DNA of 64,000 nucleotides from NCBI RefSeq assembly GCF_056712565.1, contig NZ_CM160072.1; one strand, 5' to 3'. Shown piece by piece: positions 39,274 to 48,507 of this stretch (position 1 is its first letter; each line of letters starts with the position of its first letter). The notes under the pieces were generated by a model. It saw only the letters and a program-made list of their open reading frames with translations, ran no database searches and was not told where the DNA came from. The position numbers and the translations under genes were made by a program.

Positions 39274-40035
39274 TTATCGGAGTAATTTATTGAGCTGATG
39301 CAGAATATCCTGTGTCTGGCTGTCCAGACGCAGCAGATAAAACAGATAAAATACGGTCAGCACAACAAGACCGCCGCACAGTACATGCTTGATGGTCAGT
39401 CGTCGGATTAACTGATAACGCCCACCCTGTATGTTGTTCTTCTGATGAAGTAGCGGAAATGGCGCGTCACCGCGCAGTTTGTGCAGGGCATGGTGCAGGC
39501 GCTGGTAGATCCGCTCAAATTCATCCTGTTGCTGAATGGCAACCTTGTAGCGCCCGCGAAAGCCGAGCGAAAAACAGAGGTATAAAAATTCCAGCAGATC
39601 CTGGTAACGTACCGGCTCCCGGATCAGGCGTTCGAGCAGGATAAACACTTTCTCGCCGCCCCAGGCTTCGTTATGAAAATGAACCAGCAGCGACTGTTTG
39701 ATCCATTCGTTTTTGTTGGACCAGCCGTTGCCCAGCGCCGCTTCATCAATAAACGTGCAGAGAATGTAACGGAACGAAACAATGACGCCCGGTTCGTATC
39801 CCTGTTCCTGGAGTAGTTGCTCTACGGCCTGGACATCGGTTACTACCTGGGTAAACAGATGTTCCGGCATGGCCTGACTGTTCATAGTGGACAGTCAGGC
39901 CATGCCGAGCAACGGCGTGGCGGCGTCAATCATTGGATTCAGGCTGTTGCCGCGAAGGGCGAGACGGTACTGGCGTCCTGGTGTTCCGCTCTCCGGCTCC
40001 ACGGGAAAAACCGACGCTTCACTCATATCGCTCAT
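39274..40035 (-). pseudogene. tssL: tssL (DotU family) interrupted by an in-frame TGA at codon 47
   Basis: ATG at 40035 with AAGGGGA RBS directly after the tssK stop encodes 46 aa with the DotU N-terminal motif (LRGNSLNPMIDAATPLLGMA), then TGA at 39897-39895. The same frame continues (LSTMNSQAMPEHLF...) as the 203-aa ORF 39274-39885 with the DotU core (RYILCTFIDEAALGNGW, LGFRGRY) and C-terminal TM. Confidence 0.8.
39867..39907. repeat. Perfect 16-bp inverted repeat with 9-nt loop inside tssL, containing the in-frame TGA
   Basis: Plus strand GGCATGGCCTGACTGT-TCATAGTGG-ACAGTCAGGCCATGCC; the arms are exact reverse complements. Confidence 0.85.
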
Positions 40036-40039
40036 TCAC

Positions 40040-41386
40040 TTATCCCCTTATAGCCCAGAGCTGGAGGTTCAGATCGGGGAAGCTGCCGGAGATATGCAGC
40101 GCCAGTGCGCCCGCTTTTATCACGTCCTGCCAGGCCGGGGTGCCTTTTTCCAGTTCGAAGTAAACATAACCTTCGTGGTATGGCAACTGACGTGGCGCAG
40201 CGGTAAGCGTGTGCAGCGGAATACCCGGCACCTGCACGCTGACCACGCTGCGGATTTTGTCGGTAGCGGCCACTTTCGACTGCTGGATGAACTGGCGTTG
40301 TACCTGGTCGTAGGGCATCCTGGCGCGCACTGCCAGTACCAGCTTGCAGGACTGCAACAATGTGGGATCGTTGATGGTGGCGATCCAGGTCCCCTCTGAA
40401 AAGAACAACGGCAGATTCTGCGCACGCGGCACCAGTACGGTATTGAGCGCGCGCCGCAGTTCCGGGATCACGGTTCTGGTGAAGGTCGCGGTAAGATCCC
40501 GGTGATTATACGGCTCCACGGTGCAGGGCAGGCGATTACCTTCGGTAAAGGTCATCAGTTCTCCCAGCAGCCCCACCAGATCCCGGTAGAAGGCTTCCGG
40601 ATGCAGCGTGTGCAGTTGGGAACGATGCGTGAACTGCATTTGATAGCGGTTAAGCATCTGCAACATCATAAATTCGGCCACATCGGCGATCCCGCTCTGT
40701 TCAGGCGAACCAATGCGCCCGGCCAGGTCAGCGGCGCGGGTGGCAAGCAGTCCCTGCACCTCGCCGGAGAATGCCCCGAGCAACCCGCTGACACGGACGG
40801 CCTGAATGGTGGGAATAAAGGTGTTGTCCAGCACCAGCGCGCCGGTGGCATTTTTATTGAGGATACGGCACAGGGGGAGAGTCACCATCGCGCTGAGATC
40901 ATCTGCGCCGCTGACTATCCTGGGGATCAACTGCCCCAGACCGACTGGCTGTTCGTCGCCTTCGTCAGTGTGAAAATCACGGACGCGGGTATGGGTGAGG
41001 CGGTAACGCTCCGTACCCTGACCGGCGCTGTGCAACCCCTGGATTTCATTGATCACGTCGCTTATCACCGGCAGCGCCAGATAAATATTGTGGCTCTCTT
41101 TCGATGAAAGGGTTCCCGGCTGGAAAGGTTCCGGCAGCAGATCCTGGTCGGGAATGCTGAATACGGTGCCGTCAGGCATACAGCCCGCCGCACGGTCAAT
41201 CATGATTTTGCCCTGGGCAAGCAGTTCTGTATTGATGGAGAGTTCCGTAAAACCCCAGAAAAAATCACCCAGTGCATCCAGACGACGGGTCAGCAGGTAC
41301 TCGCAGTGACGCTGCTGTTGCTGAAAATGCTGCGGCAGGGCAAACAGCCCTTCCTGCCAGATCACTTTGTTTTTCATTGTTGCCAT
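40040..41386 (-). CDS. tssK: T6SS baseplate protein TssK
   Basis: 448-aa ORF with the conserved N-terminus (VIWQEGLFALPQHFQQQQRH). Confidence 0.85.
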   Translation of the reverse strand: MATMKNKVIWQEGLFALPQHFQQQQRHCEYLLTRRLDALGDFFWGFTELSINTELLAQGKIMIDRAAGCMPDGTVFSIPDQDLLPEPFQPGTLSSKESHNIYLALPVISDVINEIQGLHSAGQGTERYRLTHTRVRDFHTDEGDEQPVGLGQLIPRIVSGADDLSAMVTLPLCRILNKNATGALVLDNTFIPTIQAVRVSGLLGAFSGEVQGLLATRAADLAGRIGSPEQSGIADVAEFMMLQMLNRYQMQFTHRSQLHTLHPEAFYRDLVGLLGELMTFTEGNRLPCTVEPYNHRDLTATFTRTVIPELRRALNTVLVPRAQNLPLFFSEGTWIATINDPTLLQSCKLVLAVRARMPYDQVQRQFIQQSKVAATDKIRSVVSVQVPGIPLHTLTAAPRQLPYHEGYVYFELEKGTPAWQDVIKAGALALHISGSFPDLNLQLWAIRG

Positions 41387-41388
41387 CG

Positions 41389-41913
41389 TCAGTTTTCCTC
41401 TTTTTTCATCTCAATCGCACTGGCGCGGATATGCACCAGCAGGCGATAGTGGTGGCCGATACTTTCTACCGACTCAATTTGTTTCCATTCTGTGGCCTGG
41501 TCGTCTGAAAAATAGGCAATGACACCGATATAACCGGTTTTCTCATCCAACTTGATCGGCGGCAGTGTTTTTACGGTATCCGGCAACAGGTTGAAGTCCT
41601 GGTGATCGATATAGTTTTTCCCCAGCACGTCGGGCAGCGCGGTGGTGGCAACCTGGTCGTAGTCGGCGGCATGGAATTTTGAGTCGTCGCTCAGATAAAC
41701 CAACTGGACATCCACCGGCGCGGCTTCGCCATCCGCCGTCAGGTTGCTGTCCGGCTCGGTCAGCAGCGTGACGGTCAGCTCGGTTGACTGATCCATCAGC
41801 TTTCCGACCTGAATATCCGGATTGCGGATCACCTGGCTGATTTTTTTCGCTGTTTCACAGCCAGTTAATACGACGCTCATCAGAACGCAGGCCAGAAACG
41901 CTTTGCCGTTCAT
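41389..41913 (-). CDS. tssJ: T6SS outer-membrane lipoprotein TssJ
   Basis: 174-aa ORF with lipobox (VVLTGCET); SciN-like size. Confidence 0.8.
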   Translation of the reverse strand: MNGKAFLACVLMSVVLTGCETAKKISQVIRNPDIQVGKLMDQSTELTVTLLTEPDSNLTADGEAAPVDVQLVYLSDDSKFHAADYDQVATTALPDVLGKNYIDHQDFNLLPDTVKTLPPIKLDEKTGYIGVIAYFSDDQATEWKQIESVESIGHHYRLLVHIRASAIEMKKEEN

Positions 41914-43202
41914 GCTTCCGGCTCCCGCTGTTTTTCGCGCAGCACCCGGTCATAGACCTGGGCATAAACTTCATTGAACAGCATTTCAAATCCCTGCTGT
42001 CGGCTGGAGGCCAGCTCATCGTAATAGTTGCTGTACATCTGCCATGCCCAGGCGTCGTCCATTTTCTGGCGCAGTTCATGGCTGCGGCGGTATTGCGCAA
42101 AGCGGCGCATCAGGTTGCCCGGCGAAAAGGCGTCCAGCATGACACGCAACGCTTCCACAATCGCCGCCCGGTTAGCCTCTTCATGATGCCGGATGTTGCG
42201 CAGGCTTTCGGCGATGGCCGCAGGTGCTGCGAGATGTACCGGGCTTTTACCCTCGGCGAACATGACGTTCAGCGCGGTGGCATAGTCCATATCAAGGCGC
42301 AACGGGTTGTCTTCTAGTGGACGCAGGTGTTTATCCGACAGGCTGTTCTGTTGTTGTTGCAGACTCAGCAATCCCTTAATGGCGGCCTGCAACGCCCGTC
42401 CGGCCTCTTCGAGAAACTCATCCGCATCCTGAGAATTGTGCAGCGTCAGCGGACACTCCATACCGCGCAGCAGCGGGGTTACGGCCAGGTGGTACTGCGC
42501 CATGGCAGAAAATTCATCGCCGTCCTCATGACGGGCATTGCCGGGCGGCAGATCCATAAACGGCGTGTTGATCCCGTTTGCACCTGTCAGATCGGATGCG
42601 GGGGCTACGGGCCGGGAAACGCGTGGGGCGATCGGATCATCTGCCACCATCAGGCTTTCCGTCTGGAGTGCCTGGAGCGGATCGCTGGAAAAACCGTGCG
42701 CCACCGTGGGGGCAAGCTGATGCTGGAACGGCATTCCCGGATACGCCGGTTGTCCCTCGGTGGTCAGCAGGGTGTCCGCCAGACTGTCGCGGTTCATTAC
42801 AATCGTTTCCGGGGTCGCCATCCGCTCGTCATAGGTAACAGCTGCACCGTCATGCAGAAACACTTTCAGCGCCAGTGCGCCGAGCTGGATCTCATCCCCC
42901 TGGCGCAGGCGGATGAGCGCATCGGAAGAGGCCGGGGCCAGATTAATCATCAGTCCCGGCGTCAGGCACCGCAGGCAATAGGCTCCGTCGTGCCGGATAA
43001 CGGTACAGGCACGCGCAGCAATGCTTCCCGCCCGGTCCTGTACCTGCCAGTGACATTCCGGCGTATGGCCAATATCACCGCCGTTTTCGCTGAACAGGCA
43101 TTTTGCGGCGCGTCCGCTTTCCAGTTCGTTGCCATTCATCACCTGTAAAGTCAGTGAGGCCTGGCGGGATTGCTGTTTTTCCTCAGCCATAAGTGGTTCC
43201 AT
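41910..43202 (-). CDS. tagH: FHA-domain protein TagH (Fha)
   Basis: 430-aa product from MEPLMAEEKQQ...; FHA-like N-terminal region; start set at the ATG 5 nt after the tssG stop (the ORF-track extension to 43352 overlaps tssG). Confidence 0.75.
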   Translation of the reverse strand: MEPLMAEEKQQSRQASLTLQVMNGNELESGRAAKCLFSENGGDIGHTPECHWQVQDRAGSIAARACTVIRHDGAYCLRCLTPGLMINLAPASSDALIRLRQGDEIQLGALALKVFLHDGAAVTYDERMATPETIVMNRDSLADTLLTTEGQPAYPGMPFQHQLAPTVAHGFSSDPLQALQTESLMVADDPIAPRVSRPVAPASDLTGANGINTPFMDLPPGNARHEDGDEFSAMAQYHLAVTPLLRGMECPLTLHNSQDADEFLEEAGRALQAAIKGLLSLQQQQNSLSDKHLRPLEDNPLRLDMDYATALNVMFAEGKSPVHLAAPAAIAESLRNIRHHEEANRAAIVEALRVMLDAFSPGNLMRRFAQYRRSHELRQKMDDAWAWQMYSNYYDELASSRQQGFEMLFNEVYAQVYDRVLREKQREPEA

Positions 43203-43206
43203 AGAA

Positions 43207-44256
43207 TTATTCCCTGATTCGGATTGTGATGGCGGGCGGTACTTTCGGCTGACCAATAAAGCTGGTTCTGCCGAGGCGGGAGCTGGCCGGATCGCTAAGG
43301 CGCATCCCTTTAGCCTGCTGTGGCGCCAGGCACAGCCGTAAATCCCAGGCAAACTGGTCGCGCAGAATAAAGGAAAGGAACATGGTCAGCGGCAGGTGAT
43401 TTTCGCCATCGGGTAAAAATGAGAGATAACGCTCCCGCGACAGGCCGCCAATCTGCAACAGGAATTTTCCGCTGCGATCCGGCACCCGTGCGCCGAGGGT
43501 AAAATTAACGCCGAGTATGGAGCGTCCCGGAATATGTCCAGCCGTTTTTCCTTTCGGATTACGTACACCCAGCCGGTTCTGGTGTGCCGGATCAATGGCG
43601 ACTTTACGCAGTTGCCAGCGTTCAATGGTGACATCCGGCAAATCAAAACAGTGCGACACCAGATTACAGATAACCTCCGGCGCGCGGCCTGGTGTTGCCA
43701 GAATTCCGGCGTAGGCCAGCATTTTGCTGTGGTTAATGGCAAGCCTGTCACGCACGCTCTGATTACCCAGCCCGACCAGTGCGTACATGCGCTGTGAAAA
43801 GGTGTCAGTACCGCCGCTACGAAAGCAGATGTAGTAGCGGTATTTGCGCCAGGCATGATAGGCAAACTGTGTCCAGCGGTGGCTGAATAGATCGAGAAAT
43901 TCTTTCAGGCCGTCTTCGTTCTGTGCGGACTCCTGCGCCATCTGATCCAGATAATAGCCCGGTAGCGGCGACTGGCTGCCGGAAAAACCCAGGAACCGGG
44001 TTTGCAGTACATACTGTCCGTTCTGGCTACGGGAAAGCGCACTCAGGTCCGTACCCGGAAAACTGATACTGGCGTCAGAGCTGAAACGCACGATCTCCCG
44101 GGCAGGCTCGGTACGCAGGGAAATGTCCTGGCCCGGCGCGCCATGCCGACGGTACAGCGCCTCCATCAGCACATAGAAATTGCAGTTGCGCACATCCGCC
44201 GGTAACGGCGGTTTTGTCGCTATATCAGGGCGTGCTGGCCCATTTTCTCCTGCCAT
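43207..44256 (-). CDS. tssG: T6SS baseplate protein TssG
   Basis: 349-aa ORF, TssG-like, immediately downstream of tssF with overlapping ends. Confidence 0.8.
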   Translation of the reverse strand: MAGENGPARPDIATKPPLPADVRNCNFYVLMEALYRRHGAPGQDISLRTEPAREIVRFSSDASISFPGTDLSALSRSQNGQYVLQTRFLGFSGSQSPLPGYYLDQMAQESAQNEDGLKEFLDLFSHRWTQFAYHAWRKYRYYICFRSGGTDTFSQRMYALVGLGNQSVRDRLAINHSKMLAYAGILATPGRAPEVICNLVSHCFDLPDVTIERWQLRKVAIDPAHQNRLGVRNPKGKTAGHIPGRSILGVNFTLGARVPDRSGKFLLQIGGLSRERYLSFLPDGENHLPLTMFLSFILRDQFAWDLRLCLAPQQAKGMRLSDPASSRLGRTSFIGQPKVPPAITIRIRE

Positions 44257-46079
44257 TCCCAGGACTCCTGACTTTCCGTGTTAATGATTTTCAGACAGTG
44301 GTACGAATTGATGCTGGCGTAGAGGGCAAAGAAGTGCGAGAGCACGGTACCCAGAAGATAAATTTCACCTTCGCAGATAAACGGATCGGGACGTATCCAC
44401 AGCGTGGTCGCCAGCCCGCGAACCGGTACGCCTTTAAACAACCTGTCAACAGGTTTGGTTTCGAGTTTTTCTATGGCATCCAGTTTCTGGCGTGACAGTC
44501 TGGCCCGCTGCGGATGGTGAGCACCTGGCAGGTCGAAGGTCCGCAGGATCTGGATCAGTGTCTCCCTGTCCAGCAGGGAGAGGTAGTTCAGGTTCATCGC
44601 GGAAATCAGCGACCAGTGCATGTCGCCGTCCGTGACTGGCCAGAGCGGCAGTGTCGGGCGCGTGACATTACGAAATGAGGCCACTGCCGGATTTTTGTTG
44701 ACGGCCACGCAGATATCACCGGTATGCAGCCGGGCAGGGATCATACGGTTGGTACAGATTAATGACGTGGTGATCACGTCATCGTTAAACCGTGAGCTGC
44801 CCGGAATGCTACCGTCTGCATGGACAAAGGCGATAGAGTGTTCAAGCCCGTGGTGAAGCAGGGACGTTTTAGTCCGGTGATGCCAGTAGACGACTTCTCG
44901 CTGGCGGCTGTACTCCATCTGGTGCTGGAAGCTTTCAAATTCGGGCCAGACACGCGCCTGGCTACCTGGGCTGATTTCAGTACCTGAAACTTTGACTTTA
45001 CTGGTGACTGTGCTGACCTGAAAAATGTCATAGGCGTCCGGATGCTTATGGCTGGCGCGCAGCGGGTATTCCGCCATCCGCCCATCCGGCCTGACGGGTT
45101 CCGCATAATGCGTAAACAGGTTAATGGCTGGCGTACAGTGCAGACGCAGCGAATCCTGGCGCAGCTTGATGTCGGCAGGTAACGGGCGGTTAAAGTGCAG
45201 GCGCAGCGTAAACGCATTGATCGGGAAATCGTCTGGTAGCGGCGCAACATCGCGCAGATGGAAAAAGAAGAAGGCTTCGGGATAGCAGAAATACTCCTGA
45301 AGCACGCGGTAGCCGCTGTGGACATTTTTCGGCCACGGCAGCAGAGCATCCCGGTTGTCAAAACCCGCCGCCTCCAGCCACAGATCCGGCAGCGGCAGGC
45401 GGTACTCTCCGGCAATCAGTTCCGCATCCATCAGGCATTCGCAAAACCACAGATAAAGCTGGTGTCGGGTATAATCGTCTTCATTACCCAGCCAGAACGT
45501 GATTTTGTTCAGGTCAAGCATGGCGGGGGAGACATTGTTATCTGCGGTAAAACTGATATCTATGATGCCTTCTTTCAGGCTGCTGGCGTTGCGGGTATCG
45601 AGAATGCGCAGTGGTTGCAGCCAGATATCGCGCGCCAGCGTGAAATGGCAGGCTACGGAAGAAACGATTTTATCATGATTGTCAGGCAGCACCTTCTGAG
45701 CAGTCAGGGAGGACTTTTCTGAGCGGCTTCTGATCAGTTCATTACGACAGACCTGAACAGGGACTTTTAACTGATCGGTTTTGGGTTCATAGGCAATAAC
45801 CGTCATGGCCGGAACCGGGCGTAAATAGTTTGCCCACAGCATACGGATCAGCCCATGGGTGAACTCGGGGAATTCGTCCTCAAGTTTCTGGCGCAGGCTA
45901 CCGGACATAAAGGCAAAGGCTTCCATCAGACGCTCCACGTCCGGATCACCCTCTTTCTCGGCCAGAAAGTGGGCCAGATGTGGTTTTTCCTGCGCCAGCA
46001 GTTTGCCTAGCTGGCGAAGATAATCCAGCTCTTCGCGGTAGTAACGTTCTTCAAAAGCCACAGAGATCACTCCACACAA
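44220..46079 (-). CDS. tssF: T6SS baseplate protein TssF
   Basis: 619-aa ORF with TssF-like N-terminus (YYREELDYLRQLGKLLAQEKPHLA). Confidence 0.85.
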   Translation of the reverse strand: MCGVISVAFEERYYREELDYLRQLGKLLAQEKPHLAHFLAEKEGDPDVERLMEAFAFMSGSLRQKLEDEFPEFTHGLIRMLWANYLRPVPAMTVIAYEPKTDQLKVPVQVCRNELIRSRSEKSSLTAQKVLPDNHDKIVSSVACHFTLARDIWLQPLRILDTRNASSLKEGIIDISFTADNNVSPAMLDLNKITFWLGNEDDYTRHQLYLWFCECLMDAELIAGEYRLPLPDLWLEAAGFDNRDALLPWPKNVHSGYRVLQEYFCYPEAFFFFHLRDVAPLPDDFPINAFTLRLHFNRPLPADIKLRQDSLRLHCTPAINLFTHYAEPVRPDGRMAEYPLRASHKHPDAYDIFQVSTVTSKVKVSGTEISPGSQARVWPEFESFQHQMEYSRQREVVYWHHRTKTSLLHHGLEHSIAFVHADGSIPGSSRFNDDVITTSLICTNRMIPARLHTGDICVAVNKNPAVASFRNVTRPTLPLWPVTDGDMHWSLISAMNLNYLSLLDRETLIQILRTFDLPGAHHPQRARLSRQKLDAIEKLETKPVDRLFKGVPVRGLATTLWIRPDPFICEGEIYLLGTVLSHFFALYASINSYHCLKIINTESQESWEWQEKMGQHALI

Positions 46080-46492
46080 TAGCGTTGATGGTTGTCCAGC
46101 AAAATGTCAAATTCAAACACTCCCCTGGTTTCGCTGACATCGACCGTAGCCACAATATGAAAACACAGTTCCACAGGGGCGTATTCATCCGGTGCAGCAG
46201 CCGTAACAACAACATCGGTAATACGAGGTTCGTAATGTAAAATGCACTGGCTAATGGACTTACGGATTTCTCGTCTGAAATCGCTGGAGGCCAGCGATTC
46301 ATCATTTAAATCAGTAATCCCCAGCTCCGGTGAACCATAACAACTGCCGGAGCGGGTATTCAGGACCTGTCGCAGGTTACGTCTGATGGAACGTATCAGT
46401 GCTTCTTTTGGATTCTGATATGAAGGCGGATTTGCCGCCTCACGGATACGTTCAAAAAGACTGCCGGTTGGTCCTGAATCCCGTCTTAGCAT
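46067..46492 (-). CDS. tssE: T6SS baseplate protein TssE (gp25-like)
   Basis: 141-aa ORF, gp25-like, between tssC and tssF. Confidence 0.8.
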   Translation of the reverse strand: MLRRDSGPTGSLFERIREAANPPSYQNPKEALIRSIRRNLRQVLNTRSGSCYGSPELGITDLNDESLASSDFRREIRKSISQCILHYEPRITDVVVTAAAPDEYAPVELCFHIVATVDVSETRGVFEFDILLDNHQRYCVE

Positions 46493-46496
46493 CGGA

Positions 46497-47981
46497 TTAT
46501 TCCTTATCCAGTCGTCCGACCAGGCTCAGGTCGAAACTGGCACCCATGTATTTAAAATGCGGTCTGACAGAAATCGCGACCTGGTACCAGCCCGGCTCAC
46601 CATCCACATCCAGTACCTCGATCTTAGCCTGACGCAAAGGCCGGTGGCTGCGGACTTCGGCAGGCGGATTTTCCTGGTCAGCAACATACTGGCGAATCCA
46701 GGTGTTCAGCTCACGCTCCAGGTCACTACGTTCTTTCCATGAGCCAAGCTGTTCGCGCTGAATTACCTTGATGTAATGCGCTAACCTGCTGATAACAAAC
46801 AAGTATGGCAGCTGGGTGCCGAGTTTATAGTTGGTCTCCGCAGCCTTGCCTTCGGGGGTTTTGGGGAATGTTTTGGGTTTCTGCACCGAGTTGGCCGAGA
46901 AAAAGCACGCATTATCAGACCCTTTACGCATGGTCAGTGTGATAAAGCCCTCTTCCGCCAGCTCATACTCTCTCCGGTCAGTGATCAACACTTCAGTCGG
47001 AATTTTTGCCTGCATTTGCCCCATGGATTCATACAGATGCACCGGGAGGTCTTTGACTGCGCCGCCGCTGGAAGGGCCAATAATATTTGGGCACCAGCGA
47101 TACTTAGCAAAACTTTCCGCCAGGTTGGCGGCCAGTAAAAACGAGGTATTCCCCCACAGATAAGACTCATGACTCTGGCTGACATCTTCATGGTAACGGA
47201 AGGTTTTGACAGGGTTTTCATCCGGTGAGTAAGGGTGGCGCAGCAGGAACCGGGGGGCGGTCAGGCCCAGGTAACGGGAATCTTCCGATTCACGCAGGGC
47301 GCGCCAGCGGGAGTAGGCCGGGCCTTCAAAGATGGCACCCGGTTCTTTGATCCCCGGTAACTCTGTCCATGAATCCAGACCGAAAAATTCGGATGATACT
47401 GACGACAGGAACGGGCTGTGCGCCATCGCGCTGACCTGGCTGATATATTTCAGCAGCTTCATATCCGGCGTGGTGTTCTTAAAGGCAAAGTTGCCGATTA
47501 CCGCCGCCACTGGCTCACCGCCAAATTGTCCGTAACCGCTTGAATATACATGCTTGTAATACGCAGACTGCGTGATTTCAGGTGCAAATTCGAAATCATC
47601 CAGCAGTTCTTCCTGAGTGACATTCAGGAAATGGACTTTGATGTTTTCCCGTGTATCCGCGCGTTCAACCAGCAGCTTCAGCGAGCGCAGCAGGGATTCC
47701 AGTTCCTGAAACTCCGGGGCATGAATAATGGCATCCATCTGCCTGCTGGTTCGGGCATCAATATCAGCAATCATGGCGTCAACGGCCAGGATATTGATAG
47801 GTTCAGCGCTACTGTCGCCCTGTAACATGGCGGCAATAAAGGCGCTCACGCCCTGGCGGGTGATATCGTAGCTTTCTGATTTAGGCTGGACGCGGGTTTG
47901 CGCCATGATTTCATCAAGCAGAGATGGGGGCGCGGCGGTTTGAGACGCGCTGACGGGAGCAATTTCTTCCTTTACTGACAT
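46497..47981 (-). CDS. tssC: T6SS contractile sheath large subunit TssC
   Basis: 494-aa ORF recognised as VipB/TssC family. Confidence 0.9.
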   Translation of the reverse strand: MSVKEEIAPVSASQTAAPPSLLDEIMAQTRVQPKSESYDITRQGVSAFIAAMLQGDSSAEPINILAVDAMIADIDARTSRQMDAIIHAPEFQELESLLRSLKLLVERADTRENIKVHFLNVTQEELLDDFEFAPEITQSAYYKHVYSSGYGQFGGEPVAAVIGNFAFKNTTPDMKLLKYISQVSAMAHSPFLSSVSSEFFGLDSWTELPGIKEPGAIFEGPAYSRWRALRESEDSRYLGLTAPRFLLRHPYSPDENPVKTFRYHEDVSQSHESYLWGNTSFLLAANLAESFAKYRWCPNIIGPSSGGAVKDLPVHLYESMGQMQAKIPTEVLITDRREYELAEEGFITLTMRKGSDNACFFSANSVQKPKTFPKTPEGKAAETNYKLGTQLPYLFVISRLAHYIKVIQREQLGSWKERSDLERELNTWIRQYVADQENPPAEVRSHRPLRQAKIEVLDVDGEPGWYQVAISVRPHFKYMGASFDLSLVGRLDKE

Positions 47982-48003
47982 ACTGAATATCCTTCTGTGA
48001 AAA

Positions 48004-48507
48004 TTATTTCTGAACGGCGATACCCAGTTCCTGGATCAGCTGCTCGCGGGTGTCTTCGTTTTCCAGTAGCGCCTGAAGTTGTGCGCGGAAGGCTGGAATA
48101 TTGCCTAGTGGAGACTTAAGTGCGACTAGGGCTTCACGCAATTCGAGCAGACGTTTTATTTCTGGTACCTGGCTGGCAATATGGTCAGGAGAAAGGTCAT
48201 CCATAGATTTGACTTTCAGGTTGACGTACATTTGCTCATTGGGAGCGTCACTGAGTTCAGCCGGAACAACAAACTCCCGTTCAATGTCAGCTTCTGAAAT
48301 GACTGCGTTGAGGTTATAGCGGTTGATAGCAATGGCAGTTCGCTCATCCAACGGCGTGTTATCTGGTTTCCCTTTCAGATTGCCGGTGATCAATAAATTC
48401 AGCGGCAATTCGATATCAGCAGCCACCCCATCAACTTTTGGTGTATACCGAACGCTGATTCTTTCTTTCGGCGCGACACTGCCGCCATTGTTGTTCATTT
48501 TGCTCAT
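48004..48507 (-). CDS. tssB: T6SS contractile sheath small subunit TssB
   Basis: 167-aa product from MSKMNNNGGSVAPKERISVRYTPKVDG (VipA/TssB); the ORF-track start at 48558 is an extension. Confidence 0.9.
   Translation of the reverse strand: MSKMNNNGGSVAPKERISVRYTPKVDGVAADIELPLNLLITGNLKGKPDNTPLDERTAIAINRYNLNAVISEADIEREFVVPAELSDAPNEQMYVNLKVKSMDDLSPDHIASQVPEIKRLLELREALVALKSPLGNIPAFRAQLQALLENEDTREQLIQELGIAVQK

Noticed and set aside
39895-39897. TGA in tssL as a selenocysteine recoding site
   Set aside because: The TGA lies inside the 5' arm of the hairpin rather than immediately upstream of a SECIS-like stem-loop, and T6SS membrane proteins are not known selenoproteins; a nonsense lesion is more parsimonious.
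39887-40399. 170-aa plus-strand ORF antisense to the tssL N-terminus and tssK 3' end
   Set aside because: Its start arises from the palindrome (the GTG start mirrors the minus-strand ATG context) and it is entirely antisense to genes with strong T6SS homology; likely spurious.
42327-43148. 273-aa plus-strand ORF (and similar ORFs at 33441-34208, 50987-51757, 8101-8799)
   Set aside because: Antisense to well-supported genes (tagH, tssM, vgrG, proS); long antisense ORFs are common in GC-rich coding DNA and show no independent motifs or RBS.
43207-43352. Long N-terminal extension of the FHA protein ORF
   Set aside because: The extension overlaps the tssG 3' end, while an ATG at 43202 sits 5 nt after the tssG stop; the shorter start is more plausible.
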